Shown: positions 48,458 to 59,126, counted from the first letter of the stretch. The stretch: DNA of 64,000 nt from an uncultured virus (IMG/VR IMGVR_UViG_3300025646_006603) (IMGVR_UViG_3300025646_006603); one strand, 5' to 3'. The notes: a model not told the origin generated them from the letters alone. Numbers and translations are program-made.

Positions 48458-49669
48458 ATGTCAAAAATTAATGTATTAGTATTACCCTCCGATAGAACAG
48501 GTGTGGGTAAATTTCGTTCGGTAGACCCTCACATCTTTTTACAAAATCTTTATCCTGATGATTTTCATGTTGATATTGACTATGAACCAAAATTAAATGA
48601 TTTTAATTATTGGAAACAATATCAAATAGTTCATTTTCACAGAACTATCGGGGATTACGATACCGCACCAATCTTAATAGAAACTCTTAATAATTTAGGT
48701 ATTATCACAATCATTGATTTGGATGACTATTGGTTACCAACCAAAGAACATCCTGCATATACTTTGGTTATGGAGACAGGATTACACAAAAAAATATGTG
48801 ATAATCTTAAGGCCGCAAAATATGTTACAACAACAACACCTATTTATGCTGACGAGATTAAAAAACTTAATAAAAATGTTTTTGTTCTTCCTAACGCAAT
48901 TAACCCTGACGAACCACAATTTAAAGCAAAAACCGAACCATCAGATAGGTTGCGTTTTGGTTGGTTAGGTGGTTCTTCTCACTTACACGACATTGATTTG
49001 TTGAGAGGTAATTTTGGTAAATTGTCATCAGTTAAAGATAAGTTCTCATTAGTACTTTGTGGTTTTGATACAAGAGGAACAGTAACTGAGATAAATGCAG
49101 AAACAAAAGAACAAAGACAAAGACCAATTAAACCACACGAAACTGTATGGGCTCGTTACGAAGAAATCTTTACCGAAAACTATAAATTAGTTTCACCACA
49201 ACAGAAAGATTTTCTCATTAAGTTTTCAAATGAAGAATACACTCAAGAGGATAGTCCATTCTATACTCGTGTATGGACACAACCTGTTACATCTTACGCT
49301 AAAAACTACAGATTGTTTGATGTTTCATTAGCACCAATCAAAAACCACATCTTTAATAGAATGAAATCTCAACTTAAAGTTATTGAGGCAGGATTCTATA
49401 AAAAACCAATTATTGCGTCTGAAATTGGACCTTACACTATTGACTTGAAACATTCACTTCAAAATGGTAACTTTGTTGATGGTAACGCACTTCTTGTTAG
49501 AGAAGGAAGAAACCATTCAGATTGGTCAAAGTATATGAAGAAACTAATTGATAACCCATCTTGGGCTGAAGATTTAGGTGAAAGATTATATGAGACGGTA
49601 AAAGACAAATACAATTTGAATAACGTAACAAAAACAAGAGCAGAACTATATAAATCACTACTAAAATGA
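48458..49669 (+). CDS. Glycosyltransferase, GT-B fold (GT4-like)
   Basis: G.GKFR...P, DLDDYW, VLPNAI, GWLGGSSH..D, DVSLAPI....FNRMKSQLKVIEAG. Confidence 0.82.
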   Translation: MSKINVLVLPSDRTGVGKFRSVDPHIFLQNLYPDDFHVDIDYEPKLNDFNYWKQYQIVHFHRTIGDYDTAPILIETLNNLGIITIIDLDDYWLPTKEHPAYTLVMETGLHKKICDNLKAAKYVTTTTPIYADEIKKLNKNVFVLPNAINPDEPQFKAKTEPSDRLRFGWLGGSSHLHDIDLLRGNFGKLSSVKDKFSLVLCGFDTRGTVTEINAETKEQRQRPIKPHETVWARYEEIFTENYKLVSPQQKDFLIKFSNEEYTQEDSPFYTRVWTQPVTSYAKNYRLFDVSLAPIKNHIFNRMKSQLKVIEAGFYKKPIIASEIGPYTIDLKHSLQNGNFVDGNALLVREGRNHSDWSKYMKKLIDNPSWAEDLGERLYETVKDKYNLNNVTKTRAELYKSLLK

Positions 49670-50367
49670 TAAACACACCATTAACCAAAATTTTATTTCT
49701 CGACATTGAAACTGTCGGTCTTACTCCTGACTTTGAAAGTTTGGAAAAATTCTATCCTGATTTGGCATACCAATTTGAAAATTATTTAGATTGGTTTGAG
49801 AAAAGATTTCCTGAACATAAGGACGCAGGTCCTTCGGAAATGTTTTATAACAAAGCGGCATTGGTTTCAGAATTTTTAAAGATTGTTTGTGTAAGTGTTG
49901 GGTTCGTGGACCCAAAAGGAGATATTAAAATGCAAAGTTTTTATGGAGATGATGAAAAGAAAATTCTTGAAGATGTTCAACACTTATTGAAAAGAATTGG
50001 AAAATTAGATTTTCATTTGTGTGGTCACAACGTAAAAGGTTTTGATATTCCTGTTTTAGCAAAACGAATGGTAATTAATGGATTGTTACCTCCACCAATT
50101 CTACCAAATCACGATACAAAGCCGTGGGAAATTAAGGCACTAGACACAAAAGAGTTATGGCAGTTTGGTAGTTTCTCTTCTATTGCATCATTAGAATTGA
50201 TGTGTATTGGGATGGGTGTTGAATCTTCTAAAACTATGGAAGTTACAGGTAACAAAGTACACGAAGCTTATTGGAAAGACCAAAAATTAGAACAGATTAA
50301 AGATTACTGTGAAAAAGATGTTGAGGTGTTAATAAACGTTGTTAGAAAATTTTACGATTTAAAATGA
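49666..50367 (+). CDS. Stand-alone 3'-5' exonuclease related to the PolB exonuclease domain
   Basis: FLDIETV, GHNVKGFDIP, YCEKDV (DEDDy). Confidence 0.85.
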   Translation: MINTPLTKILFLDIETVGLTPDFESLEKFYPDLAYQFENYLDWFEKRFPEHKDAGPSEMFYNKAALVSEFLKIVCVSVGFVDPKGDIKMQSFYGDDEKKILEDVQHLLKRIGKLDFHLCGHNVKGFDIPVLAKRMVINGLLPPPILPNHDTKPWEIKALDTKELWQFGSFSSIASLELMCIGMGVESSKTMEVTGNKVHEAYWKDQKLEQIKDYCEKDVEVLINVVRKFYDLK

Positions 50368-50963
50368 TAAAAGGTATTAATGATATTAGAAACAACTTGA
50401 AGTCCTTGAAGGACTTACAAGGAAATTTGTCAAACATTGACATGTCAAATCCTGAAAAGATGTTAGAATCTATGGGTATTGATATGGAACAATTAAACAA
50501 AGATTTTATGGATAGTTACAAAACTAAAGTAGTATTAGAATATACATACAAATCTGAGAACAAGAATCCCGAATATGCATATCCTACGGATTCAGGGTTT
50601 GATTTAAGAGCCAATGAAAAAGTTCATTTTACAGGGTTTGAAAGAAAATTAGTTTCAACAGGACTTTTTGTTAATATCCCTGAAGGTTATGAAATACAAG
50701 TAAGACCTAAAAGTGGATTAGCAATCAACAAAGGTTTGTCTGTTCTTAATACACCAGGAACTGTAGACCAAGGATATACAGGAGAAATTAAAGTTATTGT
50801 TATTAACATGAGTAACATGCCACAAACCATTGAGGTTGGAGATAAAATTGCCCAAGCGGTTTTATGTCCTGTAGTGTGTGGAAAATATGTAACCCTAAAG
50901 GAAGTATCTAAAGTAGAAGATAAAGACAGAGGGGATAATGGATTTGGTTCAACGGGAAATTAA
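50364..50963 (+). CDS. dut: Trimeric dUTPase with N-terminal extension
   Basis: SGFDL, QVRPKSGLA, NTPGTVDQGYTGEI, GDKIAQ, RGDNGFGSTG. Confidence 0.95.
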   Translation: MIKGINDIRNNLKSLKDLQGNLSNIDMSNPEKMLESMGIDMEQLNKDFMDSYKTKVVLEYTYKSENKNPEYAYPTDSGFDLRANEKVHFTGFERKLVSTGLFVNIPEGYEIQVRPKSGLAINKGLSVLNTPGTVDQGYTGEIKVIVINMSNMPQTIEVGDKIAQAVLCPVVCGKYVTLKEVSKVEDKDRGDNGFGSTGN

Positions 50964-50964
50964 T

Positions 50965-51348
50965 ATGAATGTATCACCAATTTTACCGGAAGGTATGAAG
51001 AATTATCTAATAGATATTGATGGAACTATAACGGATGATATCCCAAATGAAGAATCATGGAGAATGTTAGATTGCCTTCCATATGAAGGTTGTGTTGACA
51101 TTATTAACAAATGGTACAGAGAAGGTCATATTATAACCTTTTTTACTTCAAGAACAGAAGAACATCGAGCAGTAACTGACACATGGTTACAAAAAAATGG
51201 TTTTCAATTTCATAATCTTTTAATGGGTAAACCTCGAGGTGGAAATTACCATTGGATTGATAATCACATTGTTAGAGCCACTCGATATAATGGTGTTTGG
51301 AGTGAATTAAAAACCAAAACCGTAGATATACAAGTATTTGAAGAATGA
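50965..51348 (+). CDS. Small HAD-superfamily phosphatase (start revised to ATG 50965)
   Basis: LIDIDGTI, FFTSR, WL, MGKP, WIDN. Confidence 0.78.
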   Translation: MNVSPILPEGMKNYLIDIDGTITDDIPNEESWRMLDCLPYEGCVDIINKWYREGHIITFFTSRTEEHRAVTDTWLQKNGFQFHNLLMGKPRGGNYHWIDNHIVRATRYNGVWSELKTKTVDIQVFEE

Positions 51349-52727
51349 TAACAATAGCGTATAGTACAAAATCAACTAAACCTGAATTCTCTAATTATTT
51401 AAGAGAAACCTGTGGTGTTAAGAATGCTCAAATCATTGAGAAGGTTAACCCAGGTATCAAATCATTGTCAAAAGTATATAATGAGATTTTAGATGAATCA
51501 GAAAATGATATTGTAGTCATATGTCACGATGATATCTATTTTGAAAAAAATTATTGGGCTAAAAGAGTTTTAGAACATTTTTCAAAAAAAGATAACTACG
51601 GTATATTAGGTGTTGCAGGAACGACTTACTACCCTTCATCAGGGAGATGGTGGGATATTCAGGGAGAGATGGTTGGACAAGTATACCATCAACATGAAGG
51701 TAAGAAGTGGTTATCACAATATAATGAACCTTTTGGGGGTAAGACCATAAAAACTGTTATAATTGACGGAGTTTTTATGGGTATAAACCGAAAAACTATT
51801 AAAAAAAGATTTAACGAAGAAGTAGATGGGTTCCATTTTTATGATACAACATTCTGTATGGAAAACTTTTTGGAAGGTGTAAACATTGGGACAATATCAA
51901 ATGTCCCGTTAACTCACCTTTCAATCGGCATGACTAATGACCAATGGGAACAGAATCGTTTAAAATTTGTAGAAAGATTTAAAGACCACCTACCAATTAA
52001 GTTACCGTCAATTTATCCCGTAAACAAAATCAAAGATAAACAACCTTTGGTTTCTGTTATAATGCCGGTTTATAATTACGGAGTTCAGTTTGAAAAATCA
52101 ATCGAATCTGTTTTTAATTCAACGTATAAAAATGTTGAATTAATTATTGTAAATGATGGGTCTACTGATGAATATGTTTTAGAAAAACTTAATTCAATAA
52201 ACCACCCAAATATTACAGTTTTACATAAAGAAAACGGTGGTCCATCTGCCGCCAGAAATTACGGTATAAAAAACTCAAAAGGACAATACATTTTACCTTT
52301 AGATTCAGATGATAGAATCTATCCTGATTACATACAAGCATGTGTAAACATCCTTAATAGAAACCCAAAGATAAGTCCAGTGTATTGTGATACACATCAC
52401 GTAGGTGAAATGCAAGGAATGGAACCAAGACCTGAATGGTCTATGGATAGATTGATTCAAGGACCATTTATTGTGAATTGTTCTATGTTCCATAGAAGTG
52501 CATTTGATAAAACTGAAGGTTACGATGAAACATTAAAAGGATGGGAAGATTATGACCTTTGGATTAGAATGGGCCAAAAAGGATATGAAGGAAAACGAAT
52601 TCCAAAACCATTGTTTATGTATTTTCATCATGAAAAAGATGGGACCGTTTCAACGCAAGCAAATAAAAACATGCAAGAGTTGTATGATAAAATAATGAAT
52701 AAAAATTTTAATCATGAAACTATTTGA
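51345..52727 (+). CDS. Two-domain glycosyltransferase (GT-A-like plus GT2)
   Basis: N-domain YNE...ICHDDI...GVAG...IDG...FHFYD; C-domain VSVIMPVYN, VNDGSTD, ARNYG, LDSDD, EDYDLW. Confidence 0.88.
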   Translation: MITIAYSTKSTKPEFSNYLRETCGVKNAQIIEKVNPGIKSLSKVYNEILDESENDIVVICHDDIYFEKNYWAKRVLEHFSKKDNYGILGVAGTTYYPSSGRWWDIQGEMVGQVYHQHEGKKWLSQYNEPFGGKTIKTVIIDGVFMGINRKTIKKRFNEEVDGFHFYDTTFCMENFLEGVNIGTISNVPLTHLSIGMTNDQWEQNRLKFVERFKDHLPIKLPSIYPVNKIKDKQPLVSVIMPVYNYGVQFEKSIESVFNSTYKNVELIIVNDGSTDEYVLEKLNSINHPNITVLHKENGGPSAARNYGIKNSKGQYILPLDSDDRIYPDYIQACVNILNRNPKISPVYCDTHHVGEMQGMEPRPEWSMDRLIQGPFIVNCSMFHRSAFDKTEGYDETLKGWEDYDLWIRMGQKGYEGKRIPKPLFMYFHHEKDGTVSTQANKNMQELYDKIMNKNFNHETI

Positions 52728-53337
52728 AAGATACGATAAAGTTTTTTGTATTAATTTATCTAAAAGACCTGACCGATTAGATAACTTTAAATCTGAAGTT
52801 GAAAAACACAACTTGGGTGAGTTTGTGAGATTTGAGGCTGTTGATGGGGACTTATTAAAGATTAACTCTAAATTATTAAAAGGAGAAATTGGTATAAATC
52901 AATCTATCATTAATTTAATGGAGTTGTCGATTAGAGAAAACTACAATCATATACTAATAATTGAGGATGATTGTGTTTTTAACGAGAATATTAAACAACT
53001 AGATGATTATCTACCCCAAGTCCCTAATGATTGGGATATGTTATATTTTGGGGGTAACCATAACACACATATGGGTACAATACCACCATTTCCCGTTAAT
53101 AAAAATATTGTAAGATTACATACAACATATGCCGCACATTGTATTGCAATTAAAAAACATATGTTTCCAATAATATTAAAAGAGATTAAAAAATTTGAAT
53201 CTCCTTTGGATGTTTCATATCAAAAGTTACAAAAAAATCACAAGATTTATGGACTAAATCCTGGTGTTGCTACACAAATGAAAGATTATAGTGACATACA
53301 GAAAAAAGAAGTGAATTATGATTGGTTAATAAAATAA
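52714..53337 (+). CDS. Glycosyltransferase family 25
   Basis: CINL..RPDR, RFEAVDG, GEIG...S, LIIEDD, WDMLYFG. Confidence 0.85.
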   Translation: MKLFERYDKVFCINLSKRPDRLDNFKSEVEKHNLGEFVRFEAVDGDLLKINSKLLKGEIGINQSIINLMELSIRENYNHILIIEDDCVFNENIKQLDDYLPQVPNDWDMLYFGGNHNTHMGTIPPFPVNKNIVRLHTTYAAHCIAIKKHMFPIILKEIKKFESPLDVSYQKLQKNHKIYGLNPGVATQMKDYSDIQKKEVNYDWLIK

Positions 53338-53344
53338 AAACAAA

Positions 53345-54160
53345 ATGGAAATATTTTCTACAGCATATTTGATGGGTGGGTTGGGGAATCAAATGTTTCA
53401 AATTGCACATGCCAAGGCACAAGGTTTAAAAAAGGGAGTTAAAACAATCTTTACAAAGAATTGTTTTACACCGATGCAAGCATCAAAACCAACCAAATAT
53501 TTAGATAATATATACAAAAAAATTGAGTTCGTTGACTCTTTAACTAATACAACAAGAATATCTGAATCAGGATGGAATAATCCTAATTTAAATTTTGATT
53601 GGGATACACCAATCGAATTTTATGGATATTTCCAAAGTTCAAAAAACTTTTTAGAATATCAAAATGAAATACAAGAGTTATTTCAACCAAGTGAAGATTT
53701 TATAACAAAAATATACAATGAGTATCCTGATTTACAAAATGAATGTATTTCATTACACATTAGACGAGGAGATTATTTAAAAATTAAACATGTTTTACCA
53801 ACAGTAGACATATCTTATATTAATGAAGCACTTCTAAGATGTGATAAAAATCAAAAAGTATTTTTATTTAGTGACGATAAAGAATTTTTAAAAAGTAATT
53901 TTAATGATTCAAGATTTATTATTGTTGATGATAAAGAAGATTATGAAGAATTATGGATGATGAGCCTTTGTAATACCAATATAATATCTAACTCTACATT
54001 TTCATGGTGGGGGGCTTATCTTAATAAAAACAAAAATAAAAAAGTTTTTATGCCATCACAATGGTTTGGACCCAGCGGTCCAAATCCTCATGATAGTATT
54101 TTTGAAGATGATTGGGAAAAAATAAATGTAAAATATATTGATGGAAAATTATGTTATTAG
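53345..54160 (+). CDS. Alpha-1,2-fucosyltransferase, GT11
   Basis: GGLGNQMFQ, GYFQS, HIRRGDY, FSDD, NSTFSWWGAYL. Confidence 0.9.
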   Translation: MEIFSTAYLMGGLGNQMFQIAHAKAQGLKKGVKTIFTKNCFTPMQASKPTKYLDNIYKKIEFVDSLTNTTRISESGWNNPNLNFDWDTPIEFYGYFQSSKNFLEYQNEIQELFQPSEDFITKIYNEYPDLQNECISLHIRRGDYLKIKHVLPTVDISYINEALLRCDKNQKVFLFSDDKEFLKSNFNDSRFIIVDDKEDYEELWMMSLCNTNIISNSTFSWWGAYLNKNKNKKVFMPSQWFGPSGPNPHDSIFEDDWEKINVKYIDGKLCY

Positions 54161-54762
54161 ATTTAATAAGTTTGGTAAAAAAATATGATATGAAAATTAA
54201 TGGTGTTATCCATATTGGTGCACATCATGGTCAAGAAGATAGTACGTATAAAGTTTTGGGTATAAAAAATAAAATGTTTTTTGAACCACTAAAAAGAAAT
54301 TTTGAAATATTAAAACAAAATGTTTCTGAAGATTCAATTTTAGTTAATAAAGCATTAGGTAACGAAACAAAAAACGTTAAAATGTTCGTTGAGACGGCTA
54401 ACAGAAGTCAATCTTCATCTATATTAAAACCTAAGTTACACTTGACCCAATACCCTAGAATACAATTTAATGAAGAAGAAGAAGTCGAAATGACTCGTCT
54501 TGATAATATTCAAGTTGATACTACCAAATATAATTTTATAAACATAGATGTCCAAGGATATGAACTTGAAGTTTTTAAAGGTTCAGAAAAAACTTTAGAG
54601 AATATTGACTATATAATGTCTGAAATTAATAGAGATGAGGTTTATGAAAATTGTGCAAAAATTAATGAGTTAACAGAATTTCTATCTTCATATGGATTTA
54701 AGTTAGTAGAACAAAATTGGGCTGGAAGTACATGGGGTGACGGATTATTTATTAAACAATAA
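54151..54762 (+). CDS. FkbM-family SAM-dependent methyltransferase
   Basis: HIGAHHG, FEP, SSSIL, RLD, IDVQGYELEVFKG. Confidence 0.88.
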   Translation: MLLDLISLVKKYDMKINGVIHIGAHHGQEDSTYKVLGIKNKMFFEPLKRNFEILKQNVSEDSILVNKALGNETKNVKMFVETANRSQSSSILKPKLHLTQYPRIQFNEEEEVEMTRLDNIQVDTTKYNFINIDVQGYELEVFKGSEKTLENIDYIMSEINRDEVYENCAKINELTEFLSSYGFKLVEQNWAGSTWGDGLFIKQ

Positions 54763-55559
54763 TGAAAAATTATAATTTAAATAATAGTCCATTTTCACAT
54801 GCCCACTCATCGACTTGGTGGAAGAAATCCACTTATATAAATTGGCAATACAACACCAAAGAAAATGATACTACCTTTTATATTGATTCAGGATTACAAA
54901 AAGGTATTTCAGAAAAAAACGATGGGAAAATAAAAATATTGTGGGGATTAGAATCACCACATTATAATGGTAATTTTATTCAAAATATTAAAAACAACTT
55001 AAATGAAGTAATAGATACCTATGATTTAATTCTTACATATTCTGATGAATTAATTAATCTAAATGAAAAATTTAAATGGATACCTGGTAATGGTTTTTGG
55101 ATTGAGGAACCAAAAATATATAATAAGACAAAGTTAATTTCTATAGTTACATCAAACAAAAAATTTACACCCCAACAAATGTTTAGAACTGAATTTGTTG
55201 AAAAATATAAAGATATTGTTGATGTGTATGGAAATGGATATAATAGAATACAAAAAAAAGAAGAAGGTCTAAAGGATTATATGTTTTCGGTAGCCATCGA
55301 AAATGAAATACATGATACGTATTTTACTGAAAAAATATTAGATTGTTTTGCCACGGGCACTATACCTATTTATAGTGGCACTAAAAAAATTGTTGAACAT
55401 TTTAATTCTGATGGTATATTATTTTTAGATGAAATAAATTTAAATGATTTAAATGAAGAATTATATTTTTCAAAACTCGATGCGATAAAAGATAATTTTG
55501 AAAGGGTTTTAAAATATGATGTTCTTGAAGATTGGTTTTATAAAAAATATTTAATATGA
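54762..55559 (+). CDS. GT10-family fucosyltransferase-like protein
   Basis: YMFSVAIEN....YFTEKILDCF..GTIPIY.G nucleotide-sugar motif. Confidence 0.82.
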   Translation: MKNYNLNNSPFSHAHSSTWWKKSTYINWQYNTKENDTTFYIDSGLQKGISEKNDGKIKILWGLESPHYNGNFIQNIKNNLNEVIDTYDLILTYSDELINLNEKFKWIPGNGFWIEEPKIYNKTKLISIVTSNKKFTPQQMFRTEFVEKYKDIVDVYGNGYNRIQKKEEGLKDYMFSVAIENEIHDTYFTEKILDCFATGTIPIYSGTKKIVEHFNSDGILFLDEINLNDLNEELYFSKLDAIKDNFERVLKYDVLEDWFYKKYLI

Positions 55560-56263
55560 TTAGTATAGTCACAGGAACTTTAAATCGTAAGGAATTTCTT
55601 CCAGGTTTAATAGAAAATACAGTTGGTAGGTCCGAAAAACTAGAGTTAGTTTTAGTAGATGGGGGTAGTACTGATGGTACTATAGAATACATAAAAGAAT
55701 TGTCTCACCCACAAATAACATTAATAGAATATGGGGAAAGAAGTTCTTACCCTCATTTTATGAATTTAGGTATACGTAATTCAAAATATGATTATATAAT
55801 ACAATGGAATGATGATGTTCTTTTAGTTAATGATTGGGAAGAAGTTTTTAACGAGATTGATGACCATGATTTTTATATTTTTAATTGGAAATATGGAAAT
55901 GTATCCGATGTAACTAACAACGAATGGATAAAAGGAGATTATAGAGATAATGGTTGGTGTATATGGGATGATTATAATAAAAATAAAGAAGTTGTTATGA
56001 ACTACGGAATATACCACAAACGTATTTTTAAAGAGATTGGTATGTATAGTAACGAATTTAAATATTATTATGCGGATGGTGATATGTCGAGAAGAGCTTT
56101 CTTATTTGGGTATAAAATGAAAAGTTGTCCCAATATTAAGGTATGTTCTATTAATACAGACAAAAGAGCAATTAGAACACCAGAATCTCATTCGGTATAT
56201 GAGAGATACCATCAAGAGTATAAAAATAAATTTTTAAACGAAAATATAGAATTCTTAAAATGA
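55556..56263 (+). CDS. Glycosyltransferase family 2
   Basis: ISIV..TLNR, VDGGSTDGT, MNLGI, WNDD, YYADGD. Confidence 0.85.
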   Translation: MISIVTGTLNRKEFLPGLIENTVGRSEKLELVLVDGGSTDGTIEYIKELSHPQITLIEYGERSSYPHFMNLGIRNSKYDYIIQWNDDVLLVNDWEEVFNEIDDHDFYIFNWKYGNVSDVTNNEWIKGDYRDNGWCIWDDYNKNKEVVMNYGIYHKRIFKEIGMYSNEFKYYYADGDMSRRAFLFGYKMKSCPNIKVCSINTDKRAIRTPESHSVYERYHQEYKNKFLNENIEFLK

Positions 56264-56970
56264 AAAAAGTTATAGCATTTTCACTGTATCAAGCACCCGA
56301 TAGTTGGGAAAAGAAAATGGATACAAACTACAAAAAATATCTCAATGGTTTAAAGATAAACATGGAAGATATAAAAAATTATTACTCTGATTGGTTTGTC
56401 TATCTTTATCATGATGAAAACTTAGATAAATCTTTATTAGATGAATTTAAAAGTTATGATAAGTTCACACCTTTTGAGGTGACGGATAAATCTATCTCTG
56501 CAATGCAATGGAGATTCTTACCTAATGATGACGAAAGTGTAGATTTATTTATTGTTAGAGATATGGATTCTCGAATCTCACAAAGAGAGGTTACATCAGT
56601 GAATGAATGGATTGATAGTGGTAAGGTATTACATATCATGAGAGACCACCCTCACCACCATTATAAAATATTAGGAGGTATGTGGGGAATGAGATGCCAA
56701 AGAGATTTTAACATTACAGAAGAATGTAGAAATTACAATACCTCAAAAGGTTATGTTATAGATACAGGATGGTACGACAAATGGTGGGATATGAATTTTT
56801 TAAGAGACGTAGTTTACCCAAAATATATTGATAGTAGTTTCGTAAATGCATCTTATCATAAGATGGAGAATTGGGCAACTGATTTTACCGTAGAGAGAAA
56901 AGATAGAAAATTTATTGGCGAAATTTATAATGAAAATAACGAAAGAGGATATCATTACAATTTATTATGA
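56260..56970 (+). CDS. Conserved glycan-cluster protein, putative GT-A-fold transferase
   Basis: IAFSLY, M.WRFLP, IVRDMDSRI..RE...V.EW, HIMRDHPHH...ILGGMWG. Confidence 0.6.
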   Translation: MKKVIAFSLYQAPDSWEKKMDTNYKKYLNGLKINMEDIKNYYSDWFVYLYHDENLDKSLLDEFKSYDKFTPFEVTDKSISAMQWRFLPNDDESVDLFIVRDMDSRISQREVTSVNEWIDSGKVLHIMRDHPHHHYKILGGMWGMRCQRDFNITEECRNYNTSKGYVIDTGWYDKWWDMNFLRDVVYPKYIDSSFVNASYHKMENWATDFTVERKDRKFIGEIYNENNERGYHYNLL

Positions 56971-57623
56971 CATTAGGATTAGCAATACCATGTACTAAAA
57001 GTTACATTAACTATTTGGAAAATTTATTAGAAAATATCAGTAAACAAACTGTAATTCCTGATGAAATTTCAATTTCTATTTCAGAAATGGATAATTATTA
57101 TCCCACAAATGATTATGGTTTAAATCTTATAATCACTACGACTATAGATAAAAAAAATGGAGCTGAAAACAGAAATATTGCATCTTCAAAATTAAACACA
57201 GATATTGTATCATTTATGGATTGCGATGATTTAATGCATCCACAAAGAACTGAATTTATAAAAGAATCTTTTGTGAATGATATTGATGGTGTTGTACATG
57301 ATTTTGAAATATCACATAATTGTAGTTGGAAAACAATAGAATTTCCTTTAGATGAATTTTTAAATGTAACATATGAAAATATGGACTTTAAAAAAGACGT
57401 AATAGATTCAATAGTTTCTGGTAGTTTATACCCTAACAACGTTAGTGTAAAATATGTTTACCATAACGCACATGTATCAGTAAAAAAAGAACTACTAAAA
57501 ACTTTTACATACGACACAACACACACTTTTCCTGACTCTATCTTTAATAGGTCACTAATAGAAAACGGACACAAATTAAGTTATATATCAAATAAACTAT
57601 CTTACTACGATTTAAAATGGTAA
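56967..57623 (+). CDS. Glycosyltransferase family 2-like
   Basis: AIPC, QT..PDE, NRN, SFMDCDDLMHPQR.E. Confidence 0.72.
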   Translation: MTLGLAIPCTKSYINYLENLLENISKQTVIPDEISISISEMDNYYPTNDYGLNLIITTTIDKKNGAENRNIASSKLNTDIVSFMDCDDLMHPQRTEFIKESFVNDIDGVVHDFEISHNCSWKTIEFPLDEFLNVTYENMDFKKDVIDSIVSGSLYPNNVSVKYVYHNAHVSVKKELLKTFTYDTTHTFPDSIFNRSLIENGHKLSYISNKLSYYDLKW

Positions 57624-58435
57624 TAGAAAAAGTAATCTTCACAATAGATGATAATCCACATTACAAAGGATTTTGGAAATCAATAAGCAGACATTACAAA
57701 ACAAGATTAGGTTTTGAGTGTAAATTATTTATTATTGGTAATAATGTTGACATAAATGAGTATGACTCCACATACGGAGAAATAGAAGTGGTACCTTTAG
57801 TTGAAGGGGTTCCATCAATAATACAAGCACTTATTGGTAAATTTTATTACACACTAACCGAACCAAATACCACATGGAAAATTGGTGATTTAGATTTATA
57901 CCCACTACAGAAAAATCATTTTGTAGAAAAAATAAAAGATATTGATGATGACAAATATGTACATCTTCACTCTCACGCATATGGCGAAAATTGGCGTGAT
58001 ACAGTTTATGGTCTAGCCGGTTATTACCATGTAGCTAAAGGTAAAGTATTTGAACGTGAATTAAAATTTACAGATAAAACCTTCAGTGATGTGGTACATG
58101 AAATATACAACGGAAATAGATGGGGTATAAAATTTTATGAAAATAATGCATCTGAAGTTAGTAAAAAAGCTTCTCCTCATTGGGGATGGTTTTGTTGTGA
58201 GGAAATGTATACTGGTGAGATGTTAAGAACCTCAACCAATTTAATTGAAATAAAAGCAGAAGAAACTGAAGGTATTTACAAGGGAATTTATAGGAGAATT
58301 GATAGGTCTAATTTAAACTATATTGAGGATGATTTGATTAATGGAAAATATATTGATTTTCATTCTCCAAGACCCTATGAAGACCATTCTGAATTTATTG
58401 AAAACCTCATAAAACAACCTAACGATTTTAATTAA
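57617..58435 (+). CDS. Putative glycosyltransferase/hypothetical protein
   Basis: DDNP.Y..FW, GDLDLYPL (DxD), RIDR, YIDFHSPRPY; lies within glycan island. Confidence 0.55.
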   Translation: MVIEKVIFTIDDNPHYKGFWKSISRHYKTRLGFECKLFIIGNNVDINEYDSTYGEIEVVPLVEGVPSIIQALIGKFYYTLTEPNTTWKIGDLDLYPLQKNHFVEKIKDIDDDKYVHLHSHAYGENWRDTVYGLAGYYHVAKGKVFERELKFTDKTFSDVVHEIYNGNRWGIKFYENNASEVSKKASPHWGWFCCEEMYTGEMLRTSTNLIEIKAEETEGIYKGIYRRIDRSNLNYIEDDLINGKYIDFHSPRPYEDHSEFIENLIKQPNDFN

Positions 58436-58436
58436 A

Positions 58437-59126
58437 ATGATTTATTTATTGGCATATCCAAGAAGTGGTAGTTCTTTTTTTAGATATCTTTTAGGTTTTT
58501 TAACCGAATCTAAACCCATGCAACCTGACGGTCATTGTGAGTTGGATAACCTTTTAAAGGATTATTATAAAAAAGAACCATACATTAAAAAATTTCATAA
58601 ACCCGTTGAATCTTTCACACATATGATACAACAAAATGGTAATGATAAATTAGTTTTATTATTACGAGACCCAGTTGAGAATATATTATCATTCGCATTA
58701 TCAAATGAAAATTTAAATAAAAAGAATTTTTCAGATTCTTTTATCAATAATTTTGTTAATAAAGAATTTAATAATGGAAGTTTTGTATTTCACAGATACA
58801 CAAAATCTTTTTTAGAAAATATTAATTTTTATAAAAACTGGCAAGGTGAAAAAACTGTAGTTAATTATGAAAACTTAATGACTGATATTGAGAATGAACT
58901 ATTAAAACATTGTGATTTTTTTGGTTACTCAAAAGAAAGAGTTGATTTACTAATGTCTGATATTGAATATCATCGCAATCTAATGTTAAAAGAAAAAACA
59001 AAAAACACCGACCCTTTTTCAGTTAATACTAAAGGTAAAGATTTAAATAAATTTAAAAATACACTTAACGAAGATAATTTACTATATTTAGAAAAAATGG
59101 TTTCTAATAATGTCGGTGAATTATGA
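58437..59126 (+). CDS. Sulfotransferase (PAPS-dependent)
   Basis: 5'-PSB YPRSGSSFFRYLL, K.H, 3'-PB LLRDPVENILS, YENL. Confidence 0.75.
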   Translation: MIYLLAYPRSGSSFFRYLLGFLTESKPMQPDGHCELDNLLKDYYKKEPYIKKFHKPVESFTHMIQQNGNDKLVLLLRDPVENILSFALSNENLNKKNFSDSFINNFVNKEFNNGSFVFHRYTKSFLENINFYKNWQGEKTVVNYENLMTDIENELLKHCDFFGYSKERVDLLMSDIEYHRNLMLKEKTKNTDPFSVNTKGKDLNKFKNTLNEDNLLYLEKMVSNNVGEL

